Source of the DNA: Candidatus Omnitrophota bacterium | GTDB taxonomy: Bacteria > Omnitrophota > Omnitrophia > Omnitrophales > JACROU01 | Direction of reading: 5' to 3' | DNA: 64,000 bases | Assembly: GCA_029261035.1 (NCBI GenBank) | Contig: JAJDCD010000025.1 | Span: 194,926 to 258,925 of the forward strand | In this document: positions 1 to 9,822 of the stretch, piece by piece | How positions within the stretch are numbered: position 1 is the stretch's first letter | Layout: each line of letters opens with the position of its first letter | Notes under the pieces: generated by a model | What the model was told of the DNA's origin: nothing | The model's database searches: none | The model's input: only the letters and a program-made list of their open reading frames with translations | Position numbers and translations under genes: made by a program

Positions 1-805
1 CATCATCATCCAACCGCTTAAATTGTGTATGTGGACGCACTTGAACTAAAACAAACAAATTACCTCTTGGACCGCCCCGTTCCCCCGCTTCACCTTCTCC
101 AGATATCTTAAGCCTAGAACCCGATTCCATTCCAGGTGGGATTTTCACTTGAATCTTTCGTGTTTTTTCAGTTCTGCCATTTCCTCGGCACTGCTTACAA
201 GGGTTTGAAATAATCTCTCCTGCACCTTGGCAACGACGGCAAGTTTGAGCAATACTAAAAAAACCTTGAGTCATTCTAACTTGACCGGCCCCTCTACAAT
301 CAGAACATGTCTCCGCTTTAGAACCCGGTTCTGCTCCGCTACCCGTACAAGCATCACAAGTTTCTAATCGAGGTATATTCAAAGTTACTTTCTTCCCATG
401 AAGAACTTCAGTCAATTCTATTTCTAAACTATATTGTAAATCAGAACCTCTAGCGACTCGAGACCCCCCGCCCCTTGCAGAGCCTCCGAAGAAATCTTCA
501 AATAAATCACCAAAAATGTCCCCAAAATCTCTGAAAGAGTCCTGAAAACCTTCAAACCCTGAAAATCCTTGCCCACCCATAGAGTGCCCAAATTGATCAT
601 ACTGAGCTCTTTTACTCGAGTCACTCAGCACAGCATAGGCCTCTGCCGCTTCTTTAAAATTATTTTCCGCTTGTTGATCTCCTGGGTTTCTGTCAGGATG
701 ATATTTTAAAGCTAGCTTTCTATAAGCCTTCTTAATCTCACCTTCAGACGACTCCTTAGTAACTCCTAAAACTTGATAGTAATCTCTCTTTTGTGTATTT
801 GCCAT
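1..805 (-). CDS. dnaJ: Molecular chaperone DnaJ (3' end runs off the window)
   Basis: Not in the ORF track; manual translation from ATG at 805 gives [15 protein letters not shown]...[16 protein letters not shown] (J domain, HPD), a G/F-rich linker and four CxxCxGxG zinc-finger repeats ([32 protein letters not shown]). Confidence 0.97.
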   Translation of the reverse strand, partial: MANTQKRDYYQVLGVTKESSEGEIKKAYRKLALKYHPDRNPGDQQAENNFKEAAEAYAVLSDSSKRAQYDQFGHSMGGQGFSGFEGFQDSFRDFGDIFGDLFEDFFGGSARGGGSRVARGSDLQYSLEIELTEVLHGKKVTLNIPRLETCDACTGSGAEPGSKAETCSDCRGAGQVRMTQGFFSIAQTCRRCQGAGEIISNPCKQCRGNGRTEKTRKIQVKIPPGMESGSRLKISGEGEAGERGGPRGNLFVLVQVRPHTQFKRLDDD

Positions 806-809
806 TATC

Positions 810-1388
810 TTATTCCTTTATGTCAACGTCGTTTTGTTCTGGTTTTTTTGATACAACCACTTTCGAAGGCCTTAACAGTTTTCCTTGAAATAAATAGCCC
901 CCCTCAATCTCCTCTAGAATAGTTCCATCTTCTTTTTCAAGATTCTCCAGAGCAGTTAACGCTTCATGAAAGTGAGGATCAAAAGGCTTTTCTAAAACTT
1001 CTAACCTTTCCAAGCCGTGTGCCTTTAAAATATCACACATATGTTTTTTAATTATTTGAACTCCTTCTAAAATTGACTCCTTTGAATCACTGTGTGTTTT
1101 AGCATGAACCAAAGCTCTATCTAAATGATCCAACACAGGAAGAAACTCTTGAATCAATCGTTCATTAGCAAACTTAAGAAATTCAGATTTTTCTTTTTCA
1201 AATCTTTTCTTTACATTTGCATACTCTGCCGCAGTCCGAAGCATCCCATCTTTTAAAGCTTCAAGCTCCTCTATCTTTTTAATCAACTCTTGGTATTCCG
1301 CTTCAGATATTTTTCTTTCTACATTTTCAAGTTTTTCTTTTCGCTTCTTTTCTGATTTTTCACTCTTTTTTTTGGCTTCCTCGCTCAT
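810..1388 (-). CDS. grpE: Nucleotide exchange factor GrpE
   Basis: [34 protein letters not shown]...LLRPSKVVV motifs; lies between hrcA and dnaJ. Confidence 0.96.
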   Translation of the reverse strand: MSEEAKKKSEKSEKKRKEKLENVERKISEAEYQELIKKIEELEALKDGMLRTAAEYANVKKRFEKEKSEFLKFANERLIQEFLPVLDHLDRALVHAKTHSDSKESILEGVQIIKKHMCDILKAHGLERLEVLEKPFDPHFHEALTALENLEKEDGTILEEIEGGYLFQGKLLRPSKVVVSKKPEQNDVDIKE

Positions 1389-1400
1389 AAACTACCTCCC

Positions 1401-2432
1401 TTAAAATGTCTGTTTTAACAAGCTTTGCATTTCATCAGACATATATTCCACAACTGAAATAATATTTCCGTAATCCATTCGTTTTGGACCTAAAACACCC
1501 AAAAAACCAACCGACTGATCTTTAAGCTTATAACTTGATGTAATGAGAGAACAATCTAAAATAGAATTCAACTGAGTCTCATGACCAATCTGAACTTTCA
1601 AACCTTGTTCTGTTGTAATGTCTCTATCAAATAATTGCAGCAATGAAATTTTATCCTCAAAAAAATCGATGATTGTTCTCGTTTTATTCAAATCATCAAA
1701 TTCCGGATTACTTAAAACATTGGCTGAACCTTCTAATGAAAATTTAAGCTCCTGCAACACAACCATACTTTCTTGAACAATTCTACAAGCCACATCCGAT
1801 AATCGATATAAAGAATCTTTCCTAGATCCCAATTGACTCAATAGTTCTATCTCTAAATTAGAAAATAAGACTCCCTTCAATTCTTGATTTATAAAATTAC
1901 AAATAGTTTTTAATTCTTCTGCTTCTAGAGATTCTTCTATTTCAAGAAACCCTTGCCATACCATACCACTAGCAGAAACCCAAACCACCAGCATACGCAC
2001 ATCATCTATTGGAACCAAATTAACCGACTTAAAATACTGCGACTCTAGTTTAGGATAAAATACCAAACTCGCTTGATTCGTTAAACTAGACAAGATTTTA
2101 GAAGAATTCTGAATAACATCATCAATACTCTGAGCCTTCACACGAAACGAATCCATGACTTGTCCCGCCATATCTTGTGAGACCCGCCCTCTTCTCATTA
2201 AATGATCTACAAAGTAACGGTAGCCTAAATCCGTTGGCAACCTTCCTGCAGACGTATGAGGATGTGTAATATACCCTTTATCTTCTAGAACACCCAGTTC
2301 GTTCCTAATGGTCGCAGGAGAAACTCCCAAACTAGAACTTTGAGCAATCATTTGAGAACTGACTGGAATCACAGAATGAATGTACTCTGTCACAACCAAA
2401 GATAAAATGTTCTTTTGTCTATCTGTTAGCAT
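1401..2432 (-). CDS. hrcA: Heat-inducible transcription repressor HrcA
   Basis: MLTDRQKNIL, SPATIRNE, PHTSAGRLPTDLGYRYFVD, GVLGPKRMDY; start moved to ATG 2432 because GGAG precedes it; CIRCE upstream. Confidence 0.96.
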   Translation of the reverse strand: MLTDRQKNILSLVVTEYIHSVIPVSSQMIAQSSSLGVSPATIRNELGVLEDKGYITHPHTSAGRLPTDLGYRYFVDHLMRRGRVSQDMAGQVMDSFRVKAQSIDDVIQNSSKILSSLTNQASLVFYPKLESQYFKSVNLVPIDDVRMLVVWVSASGMVWQGFLEIEESLEAEELKTICNFINQELKGVLFSNLEIELLSQLGSRKDSLYRLSDVACRIVQESMVVLQELKFSLEGSANVLSNPEFDDLNKTRTIIDFFEDKISLLQLFDRDITTEQGLKVQIGHETQLNSILDCSLITSSYKLKDQSVGFLGVLGPKRMDYGNIISVVEYMSDEMQSLLKQTF

Positions 2433-2459
2433 CCACAATCTCCAAAAAAGGGGCATATT

Positions 2460-2486
2460 CTAGCACTCTTTAACTTTGAGTGCTAA
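2460..2486 (-). promoter_or_regulatory. CIRCE operator (HrcA binding site)
   Basis: Minus strand TTAGCACTC-AAAGTTAAA-GAGTGCTAG; one mismatch to TTAGCACTC-N9-GAGTGCTAA, directly upstream of hrcA. Confidence 0.96.
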
Positions 2487-2561
2487 TAAAAAGTATTTAG
2501 AAATTAGCTTTTTCTATGGGAAATAGATAGATTAACACCCTAACCTCAGACAGGCTAAGGG

Positions 2562-3980
2562 CTACACAACAGAAGGGAATATATTCTGGAAGTCTGCTTT
2601 TTTTCTTCTAATTTGCTCTAATTGCTGTGTATCCACAAATACTTTCTCGCTCGAAAATGGAAGTTCAATTTCTATTCCAGAAAAATCTTTAAATGAGTAC
2701 GCCCTTAAAACCTTACCTATCAAACGTAATATAGTATCAACATAATAGTTTACATCCTCAGGGTTTTGAGTTCCCACAACTTGAGGAAGTACGTCTGGCA
2801 CAAGACCCTCTTCTAAAGCTGTCTTAAAAGAAAAATAACCTACTTGATCTAAAGCTTCTATAGATTGATCTGTTTTTTCCTCCGGAAGATTATAAACAAT
2901 CTCAGGCTTCACCTTTCCCAAGGTATTCTCAATACGCTCATCCGAAAACATTAAATTTCCGGCACGTCGAGACAATTGTTTTGCCAAAAATCCAGGAAAA
3001 GTTACTTCTTCTAATTCATACTTCGTAGCCCAGTTTTCAAAATTTTCATAAAGCTTTAATTCTTGAGGAAATTTAATCTTCTGCAAATTCCCATCAGGTC
3101 CCTTAAAATCAAAAGGAATCACACGACTTATTTGATATTGATTTCCCTGCTGCACCAACACAAATAAAAACTCAGTTTCATATTCTGACGGAATTAGAAA
3201 CTCATGCTCACTGTACTCTTCTTTAGGTTTAAATTCTTCTTTTAACTTCACATAAACCAAAGCCTGATTTTGTTTAAAAGCAATAGAACGTATATCAACA
3301 ATTTCAGGACCCTCACTTTTTTTAAACTGAGACTCAAGTAAATAAGAATAAAAAAATGGGGAAATCATATTTAAATTTGTTCCAGAAATAAAATATTTAT
3401 CCAAAAGTTCAACAACCTGCAACTGATTCATATCTTTAAATAAGTGCTGAACAGGTCTATTCCATATAACAGCTCGATTAATCTTAAGATCATGAGAAAC
3501 ACGTTCTCTGTATTCACTTCTAGGAATATCCCAAAAACGAACTCTCTTAACATCATCCACATAGCCCAAGAGAACAAGTTCTATTCCCGTCACTTCTGTA
3601 TCAATGGCTTTAAGTAAATAAAAATCAAGATGAGAATCGGTACTCAACATCACTCTGGAAGTTGAAAAAAGAACATCCTCCACCTTTTCCATCGCTTCAG
3701 GAGAAAATTGCAATAAATTTTCTATGTTTTTCACTTTTCCTGTAGCTAAAACATGTTCGAAGTCACTATGAAACAATTGATTCAAAGGAAGAAAAACTCC
3801 TACAGTCTTTCCCTTAATAATCACCTCAACATCTTTAATATCATATTCTTTTAGGCAAATTTCTTTTATTGATTTTTTTACTTTTTCTTCAGGGTAAGTA
3901 GGTCCATCACAAGCAGAAAAAATAAGAGGTAGTAAAACAAGAAAACACGTTGTATATAAAAAAGTTCGGATATAAACCAT
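2562..3980 (-). CDS. Hypothetical lipoprotein
   Basis: Long ORF; hydrophobic signal ending in lipobox FSA-C if started at ATG 3980. The longer TTG start at 4052 overlaps a terminator. Confidence 0.7.
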   Translation of the reverse strand: MVYIRTFLYTTCFLVLLPLIFSACDGPTYPEEKVKKSIKEICLKEYDIKDVEVIIKGKTVGVFLPLNQLFHSDFEHVLATGKVKNIENLLQFSPEAMEKVEDVLFSTSRVMLSTDSHLDFYLLKAIDTEVTGIELVLLGYVDDVKRVRFWDIPRSEYRERVSHDLKINRAVIWNRPVQHLFKDMNQLQVVELLDKYFISGTNLNMISPFFYSYLLESQFKKSEGPEIVDIRSIAFKQNQALVYVKLKEEFKPKEEYSEHEFLIPSEYETEFLFVLVQQGNQYQISRVIPFDFKGPDGNLQKIKFPQELKLYENFENWATKYELEEVTFPGFLAKQLSRRAGNLMFSDERIENTLGKVKPEIVYNLPEEKTDQSIEALDQVGYFSFKTALEEGLVPDVLPQVVGTQNPEDVNYYVDTILRLIGKVLRAYSFKDFSGIEIELPFSSEKVFVDTQQLEQIRRKKADFQNIFPSVV

Positions 3981-4004
3981 AAGTGCCTTAATTTCATTTA
4001 AAAC

Positions 4005-4046
4005 AAAAAAGCCGTTTCTCCCTATAGATAGAGAAAAACGGCTTTT
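4005..4046 (-). terminator. Intrinsic terminator after the ftsH-like gene
   Basis: Minus strand AAAAGCCGTTTTTCTC-loop-GAGAAACGGC followed by T6. Confidence 0.75.
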
Positions 4047-4065
4047 AAACAATGATTAAAAAAAT

Positions 4066-5739
4066 CTAATTGTCTGAAGCATCTTCTCCAGAAAATGAAT
4101 CTTTCTTCTCTTTACCCGCAGCAAATTCTCTCGGATTTGATTTGCCATATTCATTGAAAATTGCTTCAATTTCATCAAAGTCTAATTCTTGACGACTCAA
4201 AAGCTCTTTAGCGAATCGTTCAAAAAGGTCATTTTCTTTCTTCAATAACTCTTCAACCTCTTTGATACATTCTTGAATAATTCTATTTGACGCTTCATTC
4301 AACTTCAGTTTAAAATCATTCGACAATTGAGCTTCAGGAATTGAGGTGAAATCTCCATACAAACCATCCCCACCCATTCCAAGTCGCCACACCATATTAT
4401 GGGCAATCGCAGTTGCTTGTTTAAAATCACTAGATACCCCTGTCGTTGTCGTTTGAAATTTTAATTTTTCAGCAACATACCCACCCAGAGCCACTTTAAT
4501 ATTAGCAAGTAAAGTATGACTGTCATGACTGAAAAGTTCTTCCCTAGGAGTATGATGAACTACACCTAATGAAGATTTTCTGGGAATAATGGATGCTTTA
4601 AAAACATCGTCCGTAGGGTGAAGTAAATAAGTGGTTATCAAATGACCTGTTTCATGATAAGCCGTCATTGTCTTCTCTCTATCCGTCATCTTAATCTTTT
4701 GTTTAACACCTAATTCAACACGTTCAATTGCTTCGGAAATATCTTTAGCAGAAACAACATCTTTATGGTTTCTTGTTGCAATCAAAGCAGATTCCTTAAC
4801 AAGCATTTCGATGTCAGCAGGGCTTTTTCCCACAGCTTTACGAGCCAAGCGAGAAACATCAATGGACGCATCATGTTTCACTTTACCTAAATAATAACGA
4901 AACAATTTTTCACGTCCGTCTAAACTCGGCTTTGTGATATAAACCTTACGATCAAACCTTCCAGGTCTCAATAACGCTTCGTCCATAGAATCTTCAGGAG
5001 CATTCGTAGCTCCAATCACAATAACATCTTCCAATTTAGAACCAAGACCATCCATTTCTACCAGTAATTGGTTCTGTGTATTATTAGATTCTTGTCCACC
5101 GAATTGATTAAAAGTTCTTTTATGTCCCATTGCATCTAACTCGTCAATAAATACAATGCAACCACCAAAACCATAAGCAAGAGTACGCGCTCTCTTAAAT
5201 AGCTGACGTATTCGCGAAGAACCCACACCCACGAAAACTTCGTTAAATTCACTTGCTGCCATAGAAAGAAAAGGAAGGCCCGCTTCTGTAGCAATTGCTT
5301 TGGCTAAATAGGTTTTTCCACACCCAGGAGGTCCTAACATCAAAATACCTCTTAAGATTTTTCCCCCAATTTTTTTAAGGCGTGCATGATCCTTAATTAA
5401 TTGAACCACTTCCCATGCTTCTTCTTTAGCTTCATCAATTCCAACAACATCAGAAAAACGCACGCTCACATCTTTCCCTTTAATTTCTTTTTTATCTGTC
5501 TTTGTCATTCCTCCACGGAGAACGACTTGATACATAAATACGAAAACAGCAGCATGGACCATACCCAAAAGTAACGATAGTGGCATTTGTGCTAATGTAA
5601 TGTTTCTATAAAAACTCTCCAGAGAATACATACCCCAAATAGATAGGCCAATCAGAACCAAAATTCCTGCAGAAATTAAAATTTTAACTTTATGATTCAT
5701 CCAATACATTTTTGCTCTTCTTAAGTATCTTTTTTCCAT
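4066..5739 (-). CDS. ftsH: FtsH-family AAA+ zinc metalloprotease (short N-terminus)
   Basis: Two N-terminal TM segments, Walker A GPPGCGKT, Walker B IVFIDE, SRH ALLRPGRFDR, HETGH zinc motif (peptidase M41); may be a paralogue. Confidence 0.9.
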   Translation of the reverse strand: MEKRYLRRAKMYWMNHKVKILISAGILVLIGLSIWGMYSLESFYRNITLAQMPLSLLLGMVHAAVFVFMYQVVLRGGMTKTDKKEIKGKDVSVRFSDVVGIDEAKEEAWEVVQLIKDHARLKKIGGKILRGILMLGPPGCGKTYLAKAIATEAGLPFLSMAASEFNEVFVGVGSSRIRQLFKRARTLAYGFGGCIVFIDELDAMGHKRTFNQFGGQESNNTQNQLLVEMDGLGSKLEDVIVIGATNAPEDSMDEALLRPGRFDRKVYITKPSLDGREKLFRYYLGKVKHDASIDVSRLARKAVGKSPADIEMLVKESALIATRNHKDVVSAKDISEAIERVELGVKQKIKMTDREKTMTAYHETGHLITTYLLHPTDDVFKASIIPRKSSLGVVHHTPREELFSHDSHTLLANIKVALGGYVAEKLKFQTTTTGVSSDFKQATAIAHNMVWRLGMGGDGLYGDFTSIPEAQLSNDFKLKLNEASNRIIQECIKEVEELLKKENDLFERFAKELLSRQELDFDEIEAIFNEYGKSNPREFAAGKEKKDSFSGEDASDN

Positions 5740-5882
5740 ACAACTATCTCCTTGTCGAGGATACGACTTATCTCTCTAAAACCCTGTTTAGATCGCTAAT
5801 CTTATAACCTTCTTACGTAAAATTATACGATCTGGATTTCAATTTATCGGCATATTATCTCTTAATCTAAATACAAAAAATA

Positions 5883-6221
5883 CTACCACTCGTCATAGTA
5901 CTCATTCCACTCATCCCACTCAGAGCTTCCATCTTGAGATAAGGGACTATCTGTTTCAGAAAAAAAACTGGAAGTATCCCCTACTTGATACTTAACCATG
6001 ACAGGTTTCTCTTCTTCTTTTTTCACATCTGCATTCTTTTGATTTCCGCGGGCTTTTTCTATCCTTTTATGATAGGTCTGAGAATAAGCCTCCTCAGGAA
6101 GGATAAACCCCAATAGAAGGGCAAAAGAAATTATCAAAGTACTTAAGTAATTGATCTGAAATTTAATATTTAACATATTAATGCTCTTATCAGAATTTGT
6201 ATTAAAATAGTTATATTGCAA
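5883..6221 (-). CDS. Small exported hypothetical protein
   Basis: Signal-peptide-like segment ending AYS-Q; acidic/aromatic tail EWDEWNEYYDEW; true start may be ATG 6176. Confidence 0.55.
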   Translation of the reverse strand: MQYNYFNTNSDKSINMLNIKFQINYLSTLIISFALLLGFILPEEAYSQTYHKRIEKARGNQKNADVKKEEEKPVMVKYQVGDTSSFFSETDSPLSQDGSSEWDEWNEYYDEW

Positions 6222-6406
6222 CTATCTCTAATTAACTATAGCACAATCTGTTACGAAACTCTAAAGAGTTAATCAATACCAACAAATTAATACATTTAAA
6301 AAAGGTTTTAGGACTTAAAATTAGCATATTCTCTATCTATTGTCAAAACCTTATGTTTTCCTATTAGATGTTTAAAAATGACCTAAAATTCAATTGTTTC
6401 AGTAAA

Positions 6407-9256
6407 TCAGCTCTTAGAAGTCACTTTCATACAAGATTTCTTAAGGTACTGAGCTGTATAAGACTCTGAAACTTTAGACAAGTTTTTTTGGGGCCCTGAA
6501 TACAGAACATCTCCACCTTCGTCACCACCCTCTGGACCAAGATCTATAATAAAATCTGCATTTCTTATAATTTCCATATTATGCTCAATAACTAAAAGAG
6601 AATTCCCATTTTGAAGTAATTCATCAAAAGCTTTAATGAGAAACTGAATATCATGGTAATGAAGTCCTGTCGTTGGCTCATCAAATATGTAAAGAACTTC
6701 AGACTTGCAACAATCACTCATCTCTAATGCAAGCTTCAACCGTTGAGCTTCACCTGCTGACAAAGTCGTTGCTGATTGCCCTAATCTTAAATAACCCAAC
6801 CCAACACTTTTCAGCACTCTCAATTTACGAACTAGTTTGTGTTGTTCTTTAAAAAAATCTAAAGCCTCTTCAACTGTTAAACTCAAAACCTCATGAATAT
6901 TCTTGCTTCTGTACTTAATCTCTAAAATGTGCGTTTGATATCGAGTTCCATTACACTGATCGCATTCCACATAGACATCTGCCATAAAGTGCATTTCAAC
7001 ACATATCTTTCCTTCTCCATGACAGCCTTCACAACGCCCACCTGCAACATTAAAAGAAAAAGCTCCAGGCCCCAAATGACGTCTCTGAGCATCTGGCGTT
7101 TTAGAAAATATTTGTCGTATATGATCAAATGCTTTCAAGTAAGTCACTGGATTTGAGCGAGGAGTTCGCCCAATGGGAGACTGGTCAATCAAAATAATAT
7201 CATTCACAAAATCAAAACCTGTCACTTCTTTACAAGCTCCAACATCTGCAACAGACTTCCCTTTAGCTCTAAGATAGTTTTTGTATAGAACATCATAAAC
7301 CAAAGTGCTTTTTCCTGACCCAGAAACACCCGACACAACACAAAATTGTTTAAGAGGAATCTCGACATCAATGTTTTTTAAATTATGTTCTGAAGCACCT
7401 TTAATATGAATACACCCAGCTTCCTCACCTGGCTTAGAAACATACCCTCTCTCAATCTTCTCTTTTCCATTAAGGTACTTGGCCGTCAAAGAATTAGGAT
7501 CTTTTAATAGTTTTTTCATCTCTCCACTAAATATAACTTCTCCTCCATACGCCCCAGCAAAAGGCCCCATATCGATCACTTTATCTGCCATTCGCATCAT
7601 CGAAGCATCATGTTCAACAACAACAACTGTATTTCCCAAACCTCTCAATTCTTGAAGTAGATTAATCAACAATTCATTATCTCGTTCATGCAACCCAATA
7701 CTAGGTTCGTCTAAAACATAAAGGGTATCCACAAGACTAGAACCTAAAGATTTTGCCAAGTTGATTCTTTGACTTTCTCCACCGGATAAATTTCGAGAAA
7801 GACGCCCTAAAGTTAAATACCCTAACCCAACATCATTTAAGAACTTAATCCTCTTGTTTAACTCCAATAAAATAGGCCCTGTAATTTTCTCTTCATGTTC
7901 CGTCAACTTCAATTTGTGAAAAAACTTTTTCAGATGAACCAAAGGGATCTGACATAATTCATCTACATTTTTTTTATTAATTGTCACATTTAAAACACGT
8001 TCCTTTAACCTACTTCCCTTACATTCAGGGCAAACAAAATATCCTCTATACTTACTTAAAAAAATTCGAACATGCATTTTGTATGTTTTCTTTTTTAAGT
8101 ATTCAAAAAATCCTTCCACACTATAAAAGTCATTTTCCTTATCCCCTTCGTGAAGAATAATATCTTTTTGTTTCTGACTTAATTCTTCAAATGGTTTGTC
8201 CCAAGAAATTTTTTTCTTTTTACAGTATTTTTCTAACTGTTCCGCTTCCCAAGCGGCACTCGGTTTGGTCCAAGGCTCAATAACACCTTCACCTAAAGAC
8301 TTTTTAGGGTTCGGTATAACCAAATTCCAATCAATGTCAATAATCCGGCCAAACCCCTGACAGGTTTCACAAGCTCCTAGCGGGCTATTAAAAGAAAACA
8401 TATTGGGGACGGGTTTTTGAAATTCTTGTGTATAAGGCGAACAATTAAATAACCTAGAATAGGTTTTACACTCCCACCCTAAAAAGTCTTTTTGTTCTGA
8501 TGGAAATTTTTCAGAAATATTTGGAGAGACATAAACTGAAAGAAATTCTTTACCAAAGCGATAAGCTGATTCCAAGGACTCAACAACTCGGACTTTTTTT
8601 GAATCTTCCAATAAAATACGATCTGCAATAATGGATAATTTATCTATACATTCATCTTCTAAAATCGATTTTTCCAAAGGAACGATTTGACTCTTCCATA
8701 ATACACGTGTAAAACCTTGTTGCGACATTTCCGACATAAGTTCATCTGGATATGTTCGAACTTTCTCTGAAAGAGGGACATCGAATACGATTATGGCCCA
8801 ATGGCCTTTGTATTGCTTAAACAAATCCTCCACAACATACTGAGGTTCCTCTTCCTGAACTAGTTGATGCGTTTCTGGGCAATAAGTCTTTCCAATACGA
8901 GAGAAAAGGATTCTTAAATAATCATTCACTTCTGTTTGAGTTCCAACGGTAGAACGAGCATTCGAAATTCGATTTTCTGCTTGAATAGCAATGGCAGGTA
9001 AAATTCCAGAAACAGAATCTAAATCAGGTTTTTCCATACGCTCAAGAAATTGGCGCGCATACGAGGACAAAGACTCAACATACCTTCTTTGTCCTTCCGC
9101 ATATAAAGTATCAAAGGCAAGCGAAGACTTTCCAGAACCACTCACTCCTGTAATAACCACTAATTGATTATGCGGAATGGATATATCCAGATTTTTTAAA
9201 TTATGAGTTTTCACTCCCTTAAGAGAAATCTCACCTTGAGACATGCGTATGACCAC
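6407..9256 (-). CDS. uvrA: Excinuclease ABC subunit A
   Basis: Two Walker A GVSGSGKS motifs, FDTLYAEGQRRYVESLS, IDQSPIGRTPRSNP, DEPSIGLH/DEPTTGLH, CxxC zinc fingers. Confidence 0.96.
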   Translation of the reverse strand: MVIRMSQGEISLKGVKTHNLKNLDISIPHNQLVVITGVSGSGKSSLAFDTLYAEGQRRYVESLSSYARQFLERMEKPDLDSVSGILPAIAIQAENRISNARSTVGTQTEVNDYLRILFSRIGKTYCPETHQLVQEEEPQYVVEDLFKQYKGHWAIIVFDVPLSEKVRTYPDELMSEMSQQGFTRVLWKSQIVPLEKSILEDECIDKLSIIADRILLEDSKKVRVVESLESAYRFGKEFLSVYVSPNISEKFPSEQKDFLGWECKTYSRLFNCSPYTQEFQKPVPNMFSFNSPLGACETCQGFGRIIDIDWNLVIPNPKKSLGEGVIEPWTKPSAAWEAEQLEKYCKKKKISWDKPFEELSQKQKDIILHEGDKENDFYSVEGFFEYLKKKTYKMHVRIFLSKYRGYFVCPECKGSRLKERVLNVTINKKNVDELCQIPLVHLKKFFHKLKLTEHEEKITGPILLELNKRIKFLNDVGLGYLTLGRLSRNLSGGESQRINLAKSLGSSLVDTLYVLDEPSIGLHERDNELLINLLQELRGLGNTVVVVEHDASMMRMADKVIDMGPFAGAYGGEVIFSGEMKKLLKDPNSLTAKYLNGKEKIERGYVSKPGEEAGCIHIKGASEHNLKNIDVEIPLKQFCVVSGVSGSGKSTLVYDVLYKNYLRAKGKSVADVGACKEVTGFDFVNDIILIDQSPIGRTPRSNPVTYLKAFDHIRQIFSKTPDAQRRHLGPGAFSFNVAGGRCEGCHGEGKICVEMHFMADVYVECDQCNGTRYQTHILEIKYRSKNIHEVLSLTVEEALDFFKEQHKLVRKLRVLKSVGLGYLRLGQSATTLSAGEAQRLKLALEMSDCCKSEVLYIFDEPTTGLHYHDIQFLIKAFDELLQNGNSLLVIEHNMEIIRNADFIIDLGPEGGDEGGDVLYSGPQKNLSKVSESYTAQYLKKSCMKVTSKS

Positions 9257-9389
9257 CTATAGACTATGAAAATGGGCTAATAACAAACTTACTATTATAA
9301 GGGAAAAGAAGGTCAGAGAAAATAAGAAAAGTTTAAATAGCGGGGTAATTAGCTAATAATATGTGTTTTGTAGGTATTCTTGGGAAGCA

Positions 9390-9788
9390 TTAAGCCGTCG
9401 AACGGTTCATATTACCTTTGATTTCCTTCATCAAATCAGCAACTCCCACTACAGACTGAGAAGATGGAGTTACTCGAACAGAGGTCTTACTACGAGCCAA
9501 ACGCTCTAACCTAAAGTGAACCATTCGTTGATCTATAGGGGCAAAGATATCAGGGTACTTTTCATTAAACGCGGTAATACGCCCTTCCTTCTTTTCCGTC
9601 TCAAACAACGTCCAATCAGGAGTATTCAAAACTGCGTCCATCACACGTAAATAAGTGTAATCTAGAGCTCTGTCAAAAATAAGTGTCTCATCATGAACAG
9701 GCAAAATAGCTTTTTTAGCAGAAGAACATCCAGAAATAGCTACTGCTGTAAAAAGAACAAGAAATGCTATTGAAAGTATTCTACTCAT
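9390..9788 (-). CDS. Hypothetical lipoprotein
   Basis: Signal peptide with lipobox ISG-C; 34 bp downstream of the large outer-membrane gene. Confidence 0.75.
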   Translation of the reverse strand: MSRILSIAFLVLFTAVAISGCSSAKKAILPVHDETLIFDRALDYTYLRVMDAVLNTPDWTLFETEKKEGRITAFNEKYPDIFAPIDQRMVHFRLERLARSKTSVRVTPSSQSVVGVADLMKEIKGNMNRSTA

Positions 9789-9822
9789 ATGTCATCTACC
9801 TCTTCCTCTAATAAATACGGTG

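Noticed and set aside
424-624. 66-aa ORF in the track
   Set aside because: Out-of-frame shadow inside dnaJ
3981-4052. N-terminal extensions in the ORF track (this lipoprotein; also hrcA, argH, CBM48, degT, asnB)
   Set aside because: They overlap a terminator, promoter or neighbouring gene; downstream ATGs fit ribosome-binding sites or family N-termini better
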